Shown here in pieces: positions 125,548 to 142,900 of a DNA stretch of 248,000 nt. This DNA comes from Octopus vulgaris. Taxonomy: Eukaryota. The stretch covers positions 43,420,001-43,668,000 of the forward strand of contig OX597822.1 in assembly GCA_951406725.2 (NCBI GenBank). Reading direction: 5' to 3'. The notes beneath the pieces are model-generated. The model saw only the letters and a program-made list of their open reading frames with translations. It was not told the DNA's origin and searched no databases. Every line of letters begins with the position of its first letter. Positions within the stretch are counted from its first letter, which is position 1. The position numbers and the translations under genes were made by a program.

Positions 125548-126579
125548 ATACATGCATACAAACATATATATATGTATATATATATACACTTATATGTATA
125601 TAGATGTATGTATACATATATATTTTTTTATATATGTATGTATATATACACATACATATATGTTATATATTTATGTTTGTGTGTAGGTGTGTGTGTGTAC
125701 ATTTGTGTGTTTGTGCAAATACACAAACAATTATATGTATACATATACATATTTTTCCGTATATGTATCTAACACATTATGTGTGTTTGTGTGTGTTTGT
125801 TTGCTTTTTTGTCTGTGCGTGTGTGTGTGAATGTGTGTATTTGAAGAATAAGAGTTATAATCCACTTGTATAGAGAAATCATTTACGTTAGAGTAGTCTT
125901 TGTGAAATATGGAAATGTTGCTGGTGTTCCGAACAAACAACTAAATTCTTTATAGCCTCTAAACATTACCAGAGACAACAACAGTGAAACTACACACAGG
126001 AGACATCTTTGCCAGAAATCAGGTTTTTTAAGTTGCCATAAACGTCTGATTGTCGTCTGCTTGTGTTGTCTAATGTGTTTACGTTATATAGATTCGCTGA
126101 ATTAGAGAACATCTTTAAGAAACATAGATTTAATGCACTCACACACGAACAGACATACATGCATACACACATACACTCATGTACAGTGTCTCACGCACAT
126201 ATTTATCTATATACCGATACATATACATACATACATACATACATACATACATACATACATACATACATACACAATACAATATATGTGTGTGTGTGTGCGC
126301 GTCTGTTTCCGTTTATATGTATAGATATATAAATATATATGCGTATATATTTACTGTAATCCCACGCTATATCGTGGTTCACTTATCGCGTTTCACCTAT
126401 CGCGGTTTATCATTTAAGCTTACGTCTGTTCCACCATGGTGTTGTTTTGCCCTTATGATAAAATAATATTTACAAATTATAAAAATAATTCTAAAAATCT
126501 ACAAAAGAAAAAGTACAGTGCTGTTTCTGCTTTGCGGATTTTCACCTATCGTGTGGGGTTTTGGATCGTAACAGCCACG

Positions 126580-126662
<83 letters not shown>

Positions 126663-126711
126663 GTCTGTCTATCTGTCTGTTTGTCTGTTTGTCTGTCTGT
126701 CGGTCTGTTTA

Positions 126712-127235
126712 TATACTGGGGTTGGACAAAATAATGGAAACACCTAGCATCTTAGCATCATAAGTTTGAAATATCTATAAAACCGCCAACACCTTGTTTA
126801 TTTTTATGTTTTTGATTTATTATTAGTGTTGCTTAATATGTTTTGCTAAAATTGCCGTTTCTTTTCAGATATCATCAGAAAAGTATAATTAAAATTCATT
126901 AAAATGACAGATCCATCAGACTTTCAAAGAGATCAAAGTGTTGGTGCTCGTATGACAGGCGTTAGCGCAACGAAAACAGCCGAAATGTTTGTTGTATCAA
127001 GAAGTACTGTCTCGAAAGTAATGACAGCCTTTCAGAAAGACGGAAAACCTCGTCGAAACAAAACTCCTGAAGAAAACCAAAACTTTTAGATAGGAACCGT
127101 CGGACTGTTACGCAAATTGTTAAAAAGTATCACAAAAGTACAGCTCTCAAAATTACTGCAGAGCTTAATGATCACCCCAAGAACCTAGTTTGCACAAAAA
127201 CTATTCACCGGGAGCTGCACAAAGCCGGATACCCA
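126712..127235 (+). mobile_element. Tc1-like transposon 5' remnant
   Basis: TA-CTGGGGTTGGACAAAATAATGGAAACACC end; SDFQRDQSVGARMTGVSATKTAEMFVVSRSTVSKV HTH. Confidence 0.75.
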
Positions 127236-127520
127236 GCGTTGCCCGGGTTATAGAAAATGAAATTTTAAAACGCCGTCTAGATCACGTAGACCTCAACTGC
127301 TAGTAGCTGAGATACCAACTTTCTACGTAATTCTGCAACCCATGCCAATATGGAACAGAGACGTTAAGGGAAATCTGAAAGCAATGTTTTCAACTCCTAT
127401 ATGTATATAAAGTTAATACATGTTTGTAACTTATTTCGTAACCAAAAAACAGGTACAGATTATTAACAATAAAAGGCCGCGCGGAGAGTACACACACACA
127501 TACACGCACACACACACAAC

Positions 127521-127659
<139 letters not shown>

Positions 127660-129736
127660 CAGCGAGTTTTCTGGTGTAAATTTATTGAAATTTGCCTTCA
127701 TTCCTTATTTGTCACTTTCGTAGAAATCTACGGATGCATAAACGTACAAAACGGAGAAAAGGAAACGACTAGTTTCCAAGTGGGACACAGTTCTCAAAAG
127801 TAACCCCCCAATCGCTTTCTTCCCAAATTCCTATGTCCCCGGAATCTACATAGTCTGAGGTGTATTTGTGGAGAATTTCATTAAAACATATCGATTTTCT
127901 TGGAAGTTAAGACGAATTGAAATGTGCTCCGGTGGTTTTTTCCCCAACACCTCCTAAAATACTTACCCCTCAAAAATTTTGTATATTCAGAATCTACATG
128001 ATATAACACATATTCGAAGAACATTTTATTAAAAGAATATCCATTTTTCTGAAAGTTATGATCATCCAAATTCGGGTTGGGGACAGAATGCTGCATTTAT
128101 GCCGACATATTTGACACTTTTCTCATAGGTATATTTACATATGCATACAGAAATACAAGGGTGCAGAATATAGTAAACAATGAAAATAACTTGATAACGG
128201 AAATTATGTTTCTTAATACGATGGGCAGAAAGTAAATAAATTTTAACGGAAAATAAAGTATTTTACGGGTTGAAGCGAAATGTGTCACTCAGTGAACCAA
128301 AGAGCCAGTATCGAAGGAACCAGAAAGAAACCGTCGACAACAGAAAAACACAAAACCGTACGGATTATAGTGAAATTTATGAATATAATTTTGTCAGTAA
128401 ATTATGAAATTACTTACATCAGTAATTGCGAATTTCTTTCTGTCAGTAATTTGTCGTTGTTTATTTTGTAAACAGCGATTGAAAACTTAGTGAAAACAAT
128501 AACATGGAAATTAAATAATGGCGTATGAAAATTGATAGTGAAAAAAATAGCGTCTGAAAAATGAAAGTCTAAACAAAAGATATAGATAGAGAGATATGTT
128601 ATAGAGAGATAGAGATAGATGGTAGATAGATAGATAGATAGAGATGGAGAGAGAGAGAGAGAGGGAGAAAAGGATAGAGAGATATACATAACGATATATG
128701 TTACGTCACTGACACTAGAAAGCCGGAATTCAATATTTTCAAAAACTTTCAAAGATGTGAATGTAATATAAAAAGCAATATTTAAAAAAAAATCAAATGA
128801 ACAGCCTATTATTTGTCCGTTTGTCCGAGGTCTAATTATTCATGTCATGCATCACAAGTATGAAAGCAATTGGTGAAGATGTTTTCATATGAAAAGTGAA
128901 TACGTACACATCTCTATTATATATATTTCGTATATATATATGTGTGCGTGTGTCTATACAGAGAATTACATATGTATATATATGTATATGTACATATGAA
129001 TATATATATATACTGTATATACATAGAAAGTGCGAGTGAGAGTGTGAGAGAGAGATAATTGCGCATGTATTTAATGAATGTGTAAGTGTATCTCCATGTC
129101 TATATCTTTGTGTGTGCGCGTGTGTGTGTGTGTTTGTGTGTGTGTGCATGTATAAACATATAGGCACATCGTGGCCAAGTAGTTAAATGTGCTTTGGACT
129201 CAAATGGTTTGAAGGTGAACTTCACTGCGTTACATCTTACTCCCGTCATCTTTTACGAAATTCTCCACTTTATTTAAATATTTTCAATCTAATCTTTTAG
129301 ATGGAGACTAAATGAAAGCCCGGCTGGTTAATTATACTTATGCTGTCGGTGATGATCAACAAATACAGATTATTTTCTGCAGATTTCACACACACTTCAT
129401 AGCTGATGAAACCACTTCTTCCTTTTTGTCGCGATAGATACAACCTGTCGACGTCACATGGAGGTGTAGAGCTCCTTCGAGTGTCATCATTTTGCTTGTC
129501 TTTCTATCATTATTTTACCCCTGTATCGCACCAGCACTATATCTCAGAGCTGCAACGGTCCATGTATTGACAGTCAGCATCTTATTTCACCACACTTAAC
129601 TATCTTTTTAACACTAACTTCAGTCTCCGTTTACATCCATTTTATAACAATTCTTTCATTTGGTCTGTTTCCGGAATGTCTAAGTTCTTATACTCGTTGA
129701 GGTCAATTTCCTCCATAGATCGCCCGTCTCATAATA

Positions 129737-130110
129737 CGAGGGTGAGTCAAAAAAATAATGCCATTTTGTTTAGGACAGGTATAATTACCACCACAGGAAC
129801 ATGTATCATACATCAAAATGAAGCTGGTCATCTGTGGATCACATCCCTACTTCTCAATATAGTCATCGTTTCTCTCAATAACAATGTTCCACTTTCGAAT
129901 GAGAGCATGTATACCTGCTCCGTAAAATTCTGTTGACCGTTCTTTGAGCCACTTCTTCACTACTTTTTTCACTTCCTCGTCACTGGACTATCATCTCATC
130001 GGCCCCATGAAAGAGGGTTTGAGAGGCAAACTTCCAGTGACGAGGAAGTAAAAACTGTAGTGAAGAAGTGGCTCAAAGAACAGTCAATTAAAAATTCCAT
130101 TCTCTGAAAT
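129737..130110 (-). mobile_element. mariner fragment
   Basis: TIR cgagggtgagtcaaaaa; homologous to the 194687 element. Confidence 0.8.
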
Positions 130111-132072
130111 TACTTATTTACTAAACAAAAAAGATTTTAGAGCGTAAAGGGAGAGGGAAAAAGAGGAAGGAGGAGAAAAGGAGAGAGGAAGAAAGAGGGA
130201 GAGGGAAAGAAAGAGTGAAGGATAGAGATACAAAGTATTCAATAATTACATTCAAATCGATTTTGTGGTTGCGAGCTTACAGACTCGTTAGCACGACGTG
130301 CGAAATGCTTTGCAGTATTTCGTCTGCCGTTACGTTCTGAGTTCAAATTCCGCCGAGGTCGACTTTGCCTTTCATCCTTTTGGGGTCGATTAAATAAGTA
130401 CCATTTACGCACTGGAGTCGATGTAGTCGACTTAATCCGTTTGTTCTCTTTGTGTTTAGCCCCTTGTGGATAGTAAAGAAATTGGTACTTCGTCTCTCTT
130501 TACGTTCTGAGTTCAAATTCCGCCGTGGTCAGCTTTGCCTTTTATCCTTTCGGGGTAGATAAATTTTCTACTGTAGGCACAATATCCGTAATTTTGGGGG
130601 ACGGGGAAGTCGATTAGATCGATCCTAGAACGCAATTAGTGCTTAATTTATCGACCCCGAAAGGATAAAGGCAGAGTCGATCTCGGCGGAATTTGAACTC
130701 AGAACGTAACAGCAGACGAAATACCGCTAAGCATTTCGCCTGGCGTGCAAACGTTTCTTCCAACTTGCCGCCTTAAATTTGAAACAAATACTAGTCCCTC
130801 GATCTGGTCTGTATTTTCCTTTAATTTATCAACCGTGTCAAAGATCAAATTAATAATTATTTTCCATCTTTAAGCCTCAGTATGTGTCTGTCTATAAAGA
130901 AGTCGATGATTTTTCAAAGAACCTTACCAAAATTCTCATAAACCTTACAAATCAATAACGAATGCAATAAGAGGATGAACAGTGAAAATTTTCCAGCACC
131001 AGCCTGTGTGTCAAAAAATTAAAAAAACGCATGTTCTTGATTGGGCTGCGGCAATGTCGTGCATTTTTTGGATGTGGAGATGAAGGGCTATTCCATTATG
131101 ACGACTGCTGCTTCGTGTCACGGTATTATTACTCGTAGACCTAACTATTGTCACCGGTGATGATCCTCGACAGGCAGGATGTGTAATCAGACTTAGGCGC
131201 AATGTTCATGAGAGAATCGCAGGCTACAGCGTACACGTGATGACACGAACAAAATTCACAACTTGCGAAGTAAACACAGAGATATCATTCGGCATACTAC
131301 CCCATGAAGGACAACCGTGTGCAGCTATCTGCTGGAGTTCTACAGAACAAGCCGTATACAAATAGCACTTTGGATTCTATGCGTCGACGAACATAGAATA
131401 TAATTGTCCTTCTAATGATAACTAAAATTCATACGAAAATATGTTTAACCAGACAACGCTGTATTTAAATGAATATCAAAACTATACATTAGCGCCCCCT
131501 CTCCGAAATTATGTGCACATAACTTTCATAATATATATTTTTAACGACATTTTCCGCTATAAAATTTTTCCAACGTCGAGATAACGATTATGAAGTTGAA
131601 ACGAAAATATACTTTATTTATTTTTGTATCCATAATGAAAGATGTTTACAAGTGTTTCACTTCCAAATACTTTGTTTTGTAATCATCTCACCCCTTCAGC
131701 ATTTTTTTTTGATTTGCGAAATTTGTCTTTTAACTTTGACAAAAAAGAAAGTGGAGTTCCGCATGCATGGCGCCGAATACCGAGTAACTCGGCTAGGATT
131801 CACAAGGTACTACATATTTGAAGAGTTGGTGTGTTCTCGGAATCGTTACAATGTTGGATAAATTCTCTTGGTTGTTGAGTTATGTCACTTTTCTTTCTCT
131901 ATTCACATATCACTGTTGTAAAGTGAATTTACATGTCTGGAAAAAATCGATAGACGTATAAATGTACAACTTATCGATAAGCAGATCGGATGAAATATGT
132001 TATTGAAGAATTTATTAATATAAGTTATTGTAGGATATAAGTAATTAACAATTACCATATTGTTCATATATG

Positions 132073-132139
<67 letters not shown>

Positions 132140-132205
132140 TATAGATATGTATGTAGTACATATGTACATATAAATAGATATATATACATATATATATATA
132201 TATAT

Positions 132206-132275
<70 letters not shown>

Positions 132276-133766
132276 TGAACAGGTATTTATATATCCAGTT
132301 TTATTCTGCAGTCGATCACGTTTCATATTTTTCTGCTGCGACTTTGTGTAGGCTGTAAACTTTTGCTTCTTGGAGTACATTTTGGTGTTAATTGCCATTT
132401 CTTTGGGGTGGTATTTGCAGTGTTTCGCTTCCTTTCTGAAGTAAATACAAGTCCAGCTCGAAAATTGCTTACACGTGGTGTTAGTATTTAAAAATAGCCT
132501 AAATTCGGACATTTTTCAACCCTCCTGGTTAGATAATATATATACATGTATATATAAATATCCAAGGAAGAATATCGATGTTGCACGGACCACGGTCAGG
132601 CCCAGAAAGAAAGAGCGAGCAGTCTGGCGGATCGGTCACGTGGGAAGAGAAGAGAGAGAAAACTAGAAGCAGAGGAACAAAAGAATTAAAGTGGGGTAAG
132701 AGAAGAGAGAGAAGTAGAGAGACAGAAGAATTAAAGAGGGGCGAGAAAAATTGACAGAGATACAGTGAAGTGAAAAGTGGAGCGATAGTGAGTAAGAAGA
132801 CAAGGCAAAGAAATGTGAGAGAGGGGGAACGAAAGAACGAAGAGTGGAATGAACGAATAAGCGTGAAAGGGTTGATAGAAATAGAATCGTCCAAGATTTT
132901 TAGAAATGTGTACTTACATATAGGAGCACTCCATCGGTTGTGACGATGAGGGTCCCAGCTGATACGATCAACGGAACAGCTTGCTCGTGATATTAACGTG
133001 CAAGTGGCTGAGCATTCCACATACACGTGTACCCTTAACGTAGTTCTCGGGGAGATTCAGCGTGACACACATGATGTGACAAGGCTGGCCCCTTGAAGTA
133101 CAGGTACAAGAGAAACAGGAAGAAAGAGTGAGAGAAAGTTGTGGTGAAAGAGTACAGCAGGATTCACCACCACCCCCTGCCGGAGCCTCGTGGAACTTTA
133201 GGTGTTTTCGCTCAATAAACACTCACAATGCCCGGTCTGGGAATCGAAACCGCGATCCTCCGACTGCGAGTCCGCTGCCCTAACCACTGGGCCATTGCGC
133301 CTCCATACTTACATATAAGAGAACAAAGTGTACGTACGCCGCTATATATATATAATACAAAATAGGACAAGAACGCAAAACATCCGGACAACTAGATGAT
133401 ACAAAAAGGGACAACAAGACATCCAGATAGACGATACAAAAATATATATGTATATGTATATGTATAAATAAAACTTTGTGAATTTAGTACTTGTCTTTAG
133501 GAGGCTGTGTCGAGGGTTTCTATTTTGACTCAGTTGCGACTATCGATTCATGACAATACTTATAAATGTTGTGCTGTGTGGGAAGCGGCATGCCACAGAA
133601 TAGATCCAACGTTTCTTCTCCGTTGTTGTAAAAGGTGACTAAACCTATGAGTTGGAGAGTTGCCGCCTGACTGGTTCAAAGGCGCCATCTACCAGGATTA
133701 GAGAATCAACAACAAATGGTCCATGTAGCGACGCGCTGCAACAGCGCACGTCCCCATAAAACAACA

Positions 133767-133849
<83 letters not shown>

Positions 133850-134929
133850 TGCTGCTGGTGGTGGTGTTGCTGTTGCTACCGCTACTGCTGCTGCCCCTTA
133901 TAAATTTTAATGTTATTTTTAAGGTTATAAATTAAATCAATTTTCTGGCCGAAGACTGTTCATTTCCCCGTAGTAAGCTCACCATGGAGACGTTGTCTTG
134001 ATTCGTACGTATTATTCCGTTGACCGTGTGGTAATTCCAATAAATAATCAGACTTTCGCGTAGCAAAAGAATTTGTCGCTAAGTATTTCATGCTCCAGAT
134101 CTCTTTCTTCGCCTTTTAAATAGATAGACACCGTTGGCCATTTGGAAGTGTGATAGATTTAGCTGCTATGCTTAGGTATCAAAGTGCAGCCTAGAAATTT
134201 TCATATAACTGTAGCTAACATTCACGTTATGTTAATTGAAAACGATAAAAAGAATTGTGGTAATTAAGACTTAGTGGCAATTGCCTTTTTTGTATTAGCG
134301 CTCATAAATATCTTGTAATTTTCGAAATCACTGTTAACACAGCAACGGAAGATTACAGTTCTGGCGACAAGCTTGAAGTAACAGAAAAATAATCATCTTT
134401 ACAATAATTCGATACAATATTCTTTGTTTTGTTGGTAATGTAATCTTAATAGCACATACATTTACGTATATGCGTCTGTCTGTCTGTCTGCCTGTTTGTA
134501 TATAAGTATGTATGTATGTATGTATATATATTTATGCATATGTGTGTGTAACAATACATCCATTTAGTCATGTATAAATTTACGCATATATGTATGTATA
134601 TATGTATGTATGTAAGTATGTATGTATACACATGTTTTCGTATCTATAACGTTACGATACGTCTCGGTCGAATTGTACCAATAGTGTATGTTTTCTTTTT
134701 CCAATATTTTTATTAAATTATTCATAACTAACGTCAAACATGATGTTTAACAGGTAAATAATACCGAAACATAAATCATCGGCGACATTACATAATAACA
134801 TATATCTAAGACAGAACGAATGTCGTGTCTTCATTTCTTTGTTGATGTATCATCTTCTCATTTATTTGGTCACATGATAGCACATTGTCTTCTAAACATA
134901 TTGTCAAATATTTAGCGCCGCATTCCCTT

Positions 134930-134997
<68 letters not shown>

Positions 134998-135130
134998 GCA
135001 TACATACCTACACACACCCACACACACAGACACGCACACACACACAGACACACACACATATATATATATATATGCATAAATACCTACACACACCCACACA
135101 CACAGACACGCACACACACACAGACACACA

Positions 135131-135178
<48 letters not shown>

Positions 135179-136355
135179 CATACCTCTAACGCCCGTTTTA
135201 CTCGTATATTTCGATAATCTTTTCCTTCCGTGCTTTCTATAGTATGTATGACGCTTCCCTCTTTATCTCCTTCTCTCTCATTCCTCCCTCTCTCTCTTTA
135301 TAAGATATATATATTTATATATATGAAAAACGTATTCTAGGCGCAGGATTTTCAATAGGCGCAGGACTTTCAATAGGTGCAGGATTTGCTGTGTGTTAAG
135401 TAGCTTACTTATCAACCACATGGTTCGGGGTTCAGTCCCGCTGCGTCGTTCAGCCTTGCTTGTGGATTTGGTAGACGGAAACTGAAAGAAACCCGTCGTA
135501 TATATACATGTGTTTGTGTGTGTGTATGTTTGTGTGTCTGTGTTTGTCCTCCCATCATAGCTTGACAACCGGTGCTGGTGTATTTATGTCCCCGTAACTT
135601 AGCGGTTCGGCAAAAGAGACCGATAGAATAAGTACTAGGCTTACAAAGAATAAGTCTTGGGTCGATTTGCTCGACTAAAGGCGGTGCTCCAAATGACTGA
135701 AACAAGTAAAAGAGTAAAAGAATAAAAACTATTCATTCCTTGCACGTTCTGGCAGATTCCACCGGGAATATTCGAAGATTGTTGTTTCTCTTCGGTGAAG
135801 ACGTCCTCGTTTTAGGTGACGTGTATTTATAAGACATACGAGTGAACAATGAACAAGGTCATTGACATGCCGAGGCGTTTCGGCCTCTTTATGCGTCACC
135901 TCAGCTATAACGCCGGACCTATGAATCTGACATTAACAAGAGTCCTTGTTGTTAGGAATCAGCAAACATAATATTTGCTGATTTTTACGGATGCTCGCCA
136001 AATAGATAAGAAATCCTGAGGTGCAGGCAGAACGGTGAAAATCCAAATAATAACGTATCTATTGATACTTGACACGTTCTGACACATTAGAACGTGAATA
136101 TCTTATGACTGTTGTTTAACGCCAGTGGATAACACATCCTCCCTTTAGAGAATCTCTATGCACAATAAATAGAAACATTTTGGCGCCTAACCCTACACTG
136201 GTAAATTGTGAGTACGTCTAGAGGAATAGGTGTTCTCCGATGAAGAAAAACATCAGTAGTTAGATATTCACAGTGGGTTCTACTAGAACGTATGAAGTAT
136301 AAATACTTTACTGATTGTAATCTGTTCTCCTTTCATCATATGATCTATATATCTG

Positions 136356-137504
<1,149 letters not shown>

Positions 137505-137505
137505 C

Positions 137506-137571
<66 letters not shown>

Positions 137572-137735
137572 GTCTATCTGTCTGTCTGCCTGTCTGCCTG
137601 CGTGTATGTCTGTCTGTCTGACTGACTGCCTGTCTATGTATGTATGTATGTATGTATATATGTATGTGTGTATCTATCTATCTATCTATCTATCTATATA
137701 TATATATATCTATCTATGTATATATCAATCAATCA

Positions 137736-137820
<85 letters not shown>

Positions 137821-138632
137821 CGGACGTGCTGTCATTTCGGCTCCGAAGGTAATCGTTTATTTTGACTATTTATAGCCCATATTTTGTGTACATTTTTGTA
137901 AATAAGGTGTGTAAGGCACCCAACTTTCGTTTGAGTGCTTTTCCAAGGGAGGAATTCGCCCCTAGGGGCAGTTTCAACCCTATTTAATTTGTGTAATTTT
138001 CTTCTCGACATTAAAAAATGTCGAGAAATTTTATTGTAGAACGCTGGTCGCGTTCCTTTATGGACCAGCATTTAGCTCGTCTGGAAAGCTAGGAGAAAAA
138101 AAGAACTTATGCACGCAAAGTGCAAACCTGAATGACGTGGTAGTGAACGCTGCAACCACTTGCGGTAACAGCCCTGTCACCACTACCACCACCACTAACA
138201 ACAACAACAACGAGACTACTGCTGCTACCACCACCACCACCACCACCACCACCACCACCAACATAAATGATAAAAATGAAACTCACACGAATACTATTAA
138301 CAAAAACAACAACAACAAGAGCAACAATAAAATGAAATAAATATCTTACTATCTCATAGTGAAGACGTTAATATAAAAGAATCAACAACACCAGTAAATT
138401 TCGCTTACACTCTGCGTCAGAAAAAAGAAATAGTAAAATTTACGAATGAAGAGTTAATAGAAACGAGAGCACTCTTTACATCACAAGAGCAGGATTTAGT
138501 GCTGCATACACCTCAACACATAAAGGAACAAATAGAAAATAAGACAATTATACACAAAATTATAAGAAAAAACAAAAAAAACAAAATGAACAGATTACAA
138601 AAACGGACATAGAAAAGTGTTTAAAAAGCATA

Positions 138633-139543
138633 ATGAAAAAAAAAGAATATATAAACTGGGGTCCCCAGTTTAATACAGTGGTGGTCCGCTTCCATAACCA
138701 GGAAGTAGCAAAAGCTCACTCTACGGAGTCTTTGCAGAATGATGAGATCATTATGGTACCTTACTACAAAGGCCAGAGAGTGAGTAGAATTACTATTAAA
138801 AATGTACCCCCTGAGATTCCTAACAAATGGATAACAGGGGTAATCTGTTACCATTTGAAAACTATAGAGGCAGCAGTATACCAAAACGACAATTGGGGTG
138901 GAAAAACAATAGTAGTGACCATCCAGATTGAGGGGTCCTCAATCGAGAACCTACCTGATAGGATCCACTTAGAAAATGGACAAAGCCTATATGTTGTAGC
139001 AGAAGGCAAAAAGCCTAGATGCTACAACTGTGGCAGCCCAGAACATTTAATTGCCAAGTGCGCTCTGGCACAGAAAAAAAACAAGAAAGAACAAATCAGA
139101 AAACAAATAAAAAACCCTTGTTGCCAACACCAACACCAACACCAACACACTCAATTATGGAACAATGCCAAGAAAAACAACAAACCAGCAAACAAACCCC
139201 AAATACATCACCAAGAAAAAAACTACCAACACAATCGCTGTTGACGTCGCAACCAATTCAACATGCTGAACCAACAAAAAATAGACCAACACCAACACCA
139301 ACACCGAGGACGACAATTAAAAAGACAGAAAACAGTGACGAGAAGACAAATTCTACCCCTAACACTACAACAACACAAACACCGCACAAAACATCAAGAA
139401 TTTCTACAAGCATACATATTAACGCAAATGCTTTGCCTTTACCCCTTTCTGATTCGTCGGACGATGAAAGTTCGACGGAATGGCAAATAGCCACAGGGAG
139501 TAAAAGGAAAAGATCAAAAAAAGCCCACCAAACAAGGAAGTAA
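138633..139543 (+). pseudogene. Tx1 ORF1 (gag-like), frameshifted
   Basis: RCYNCGSPEHLIAKC zinc knuckle; low-complexity C-terminus in a shifted frame. Confidence 0.8.
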
Positions 139544-139975
139544 AGCAGGGAGATATTTAACTCCGGACAGCATCCCCCTAGACAATAAAAAAAATCAATG
139601 AACCCGCAAAACCACACACACAACTGACTGCAATAGACACAGACAATAAAAAATTAATGGATTACATTGCATCCAACACGGACATCTGTGAATATGACTT
139701 TAAGACAAACAATAATACGCGCACCACACCACCGAAACACATAAGAATTGTACACATAACACAAACACAACACCATACACTGAAAACAATATTTTCAAAT
139801 GCGGTAGGCGGGTTTCAACGATACCTCTCCAAAAAACTATACAAACACCTCATCAAAGACACTACAAAAGAAGAAGAAAAAAAATGAAACTTTCGAAATG
139901 AGTAAGTGACCTCCCCTCTTGCCTCTTGTCTCTTCCAATGTAGTGTGTGAAACGCAATTTTCGTAAACGTCAATT

Positions 139976-142900
139976 ATGCTTAAATTAGGTTGTGTGAATG
140001 TGCGTGGCTTGGCGTCGGCTTGGAAGCAAGGTTACCTTCTAAACGACATGAAGTCACTGAACGTGGATATAGTAGCTATCAGTGAAACTAGACTCAGCAA
140101 GCCGCGGGCCCTCGCGTCCATGTTTGGCGATCAATTTGACATTTATTTTTCTCCTTGTCTGCCGAACATGGGTGGTGGAGGTACCGCGGTGCTTTTTTGA
140201 AAGAGTCTAAATGTAAAAGTAAGAACAATATTCCTAGACCCGGAGGGTAGGCTGGTTGTCTTGGACGTGGATGGCAGAAATGGGTGTGCATTCCGTCTGA
140301 TGGCAGTTTATGCACCGCCCTTAACGGGTCGGGCGGATTTCTTCAGACGTCTAGAGGTTTCCTGGGTACGTCTAGACCTTTACTGTTAGTAGGGGATTGG
140401 AACGCTAGCTTGGACACGCATCTAGATTATGTGGGAATGGATAGGAATAGAAGGTGGTGTAAGTGCCTCAAAGACCTACTCAGACGTTTCCATTTGTCTG
140501 ACAGGTTCCGACTCGACCATCTGAACGTGCCAACGTGGACTTGGAAAAACCGCGTCGGATCGTCGAGATCTTATCTAGATAGAATTCTATGCAGGGCAGC
140601 GGATAGGGATAGTGTAGGATGTCCACAATTTAAAATAGTCAGCTACATAGATCACAAATTTGTGACGTGTACGCTCGACTTAGATAAGACACATAGACAG
140701 GGTCCCGGTTACTGGAAACTGAACACATCGCTCTTAGCGCGACAGGTTTACAGGAATCGGATTAGCGAGTTAATTAAGAGGGCGCTGACGGGAGCCGTCG
140801 TTAACAACCGCTGGTGGTACGCCCTGAAAATGGCAATAAAATCGGAATCAATTAGGTTTAGCAAGGAATTAGCGATAGATCGAAATAGGGTAGAGGGAGA
140901 CCTGGTTAAGAAACTAGAAGACGCACTTACCACTGGCAGCGCAACCAACGTGCTGGCTGCGAGGATGGCCCTCGACCAACACCTCAACGCCAAGCACGAG
141001 GGTTGGGTTGCGTCGTCAGAGCTAAAATGCGTGCCTTAAGGAACGAAGGGATCGAAGCTGCGCGAGATGCCCGGGTAGCGGAGGCGCAGCGTGGTAACAG
141101 AGCCACCATTCGGTCTCTAATAGATCAACAGGGATGCAGTTTACTCGAACCCGAAAGGATGTGTAAGGCCTTTCAACAACACTTTGCTCGACTGTTTGGC
141201 GCGAGTGGTGGGTCGGAACGCGGGATGGATTTCAGTGCCTACCTGACCGACCTGCCGCGGCTTTCGGCAAGAGAAGCGGAGTGTTGTGAAAGTCACATCA
141301 CAGCTGCTGACGTGCGGGAAGCGATGGCGGGCTGCGTGAGGGATAAGTCACCTGGATTGGATGGTTTACCCTACGAGCTGTATTTTCAAATGCCAGACTT
141401 GTTTGGCGACCTCTTGGCATCAGTCTACTGCAACTGGCAACAAAACGGGAGAATCCCCGGTTTCGTGAGCCGAGGTGCAGTGACGTTGCTGAAGAAAGAC
141501 CCAAACAAGGGGAATTTTATAGATAATTTCAGGTCTATCACTCTGCTCAACGCAGATTTGAAAATTTTGGCCAAAGTAATAGCCGAGAGGTTGGCGCTTG
141601 TCATTGGTAAACTGGTCGACAGGGCGCAAACATGCGCCGTGCCGGGCAGAACCATACATGACAACCTCCATCTGATGCGCTACATTGTGGACAGGGTAGT
141701 TAAGGATCCTGGCATGGGTGGGGCGCTGATCATTTTGGATCAGTCTAAAGGCTTCGATAGGGTCGACCATCGGTACTTGGCGGCCGTCCTCAGGGCGGCT
141801 GGCTTCGGTCCCGTCTTCCGCGGTTGGATCGCTGCCTTGTATAGCGGCATCCGATTGGTGATTCGGGTGAACGGTCACTTGTCGAAACCGTTTGACATCA
141901 CGCGTTCGGTCCGTCAGGGGTGTCCCCTGTCGGCGCTTCTGTATGTATTGACTCTCGAGCCGCTACTACGGAAGCTAATGACACTGAGGGGCATCCCACG
142001 GGAACTGGGTTGCGGGAAGAGCGTGTCGGCATATGCGGACGATGTCACCGTCATAGTGTCGAGCGACAAACACATCCAGATAATAGGCGAGACACTAAAA
142101 AAATACGAAACGGTGACGGGAGCGAAGATTAACCCGGAAAAGTCAGTGGGTTTGCTACTCGGCACCTGGAGAAGCAAGCCATGCCGTCCGACTGCGGCTC
142201 AGTAGTGGGACGCTGGACGGACAAACCGGTTAAATTGCTCGGGGTCTGGTTCAGTCCGAACCTCCAAATGGAGAAGAACTGGGACGAGATCACGAGTAGA
142301 GTGGTCGCTCTCAGCCAAACATGGGCCGAGAGAAAGCTGTCTCTAAAAGGCCGGGCGGAGGTGGCGAACGCGTACATCGCATCCGTCATCGATTACCGCC
142401 TGACCGTCGTACCTTGTCCCGACGCCACCATCACCAAACTGGAACGCATACACTTCCGCTTCCTGTGGAAGGGTGGCGTTCCGATGGTGAGGAAGTCCAT
142501 TTGCTGTTAACATCCATTGAATGGAGGACTGGGCATGCCGTGGTTGATGATGCGCAGGCATGCGCTGAGACTGCGACATCTCTGGAACTTCATCGACGAC
142601 GGTGAACAGGTGTGGGCGCCGTTTGTGAGGCACGCTTTCCCGCAGCTCGTCTCACTGACCGAACTGCAAACGTGGATCAAGAAGAGACCGAAACTGGGCG
142701 ATTGGCACCGAGAGTGTCGCCAAGCTCTACAGCAGCTATGCCGACCGGGGTCAAACTTGTGCAACTTACAAACGACTAAAGCGTTCTATAGAGGACTAGT
142801 GGAGGGGAGGTCCGACGACACACTCGGGGCAAACCTGGGCGTCGACGAGAAATTCCTAACCCGCCTGTTCATGACGACGTTCGGGCCGGGGCCTATGGAT

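Noticed and set aside
135860-135910. Hammerhead-like ggccGAAAC...GTC on the minus strand
   Set aside because: CUGANGA core is broken and stem I is unpaired.
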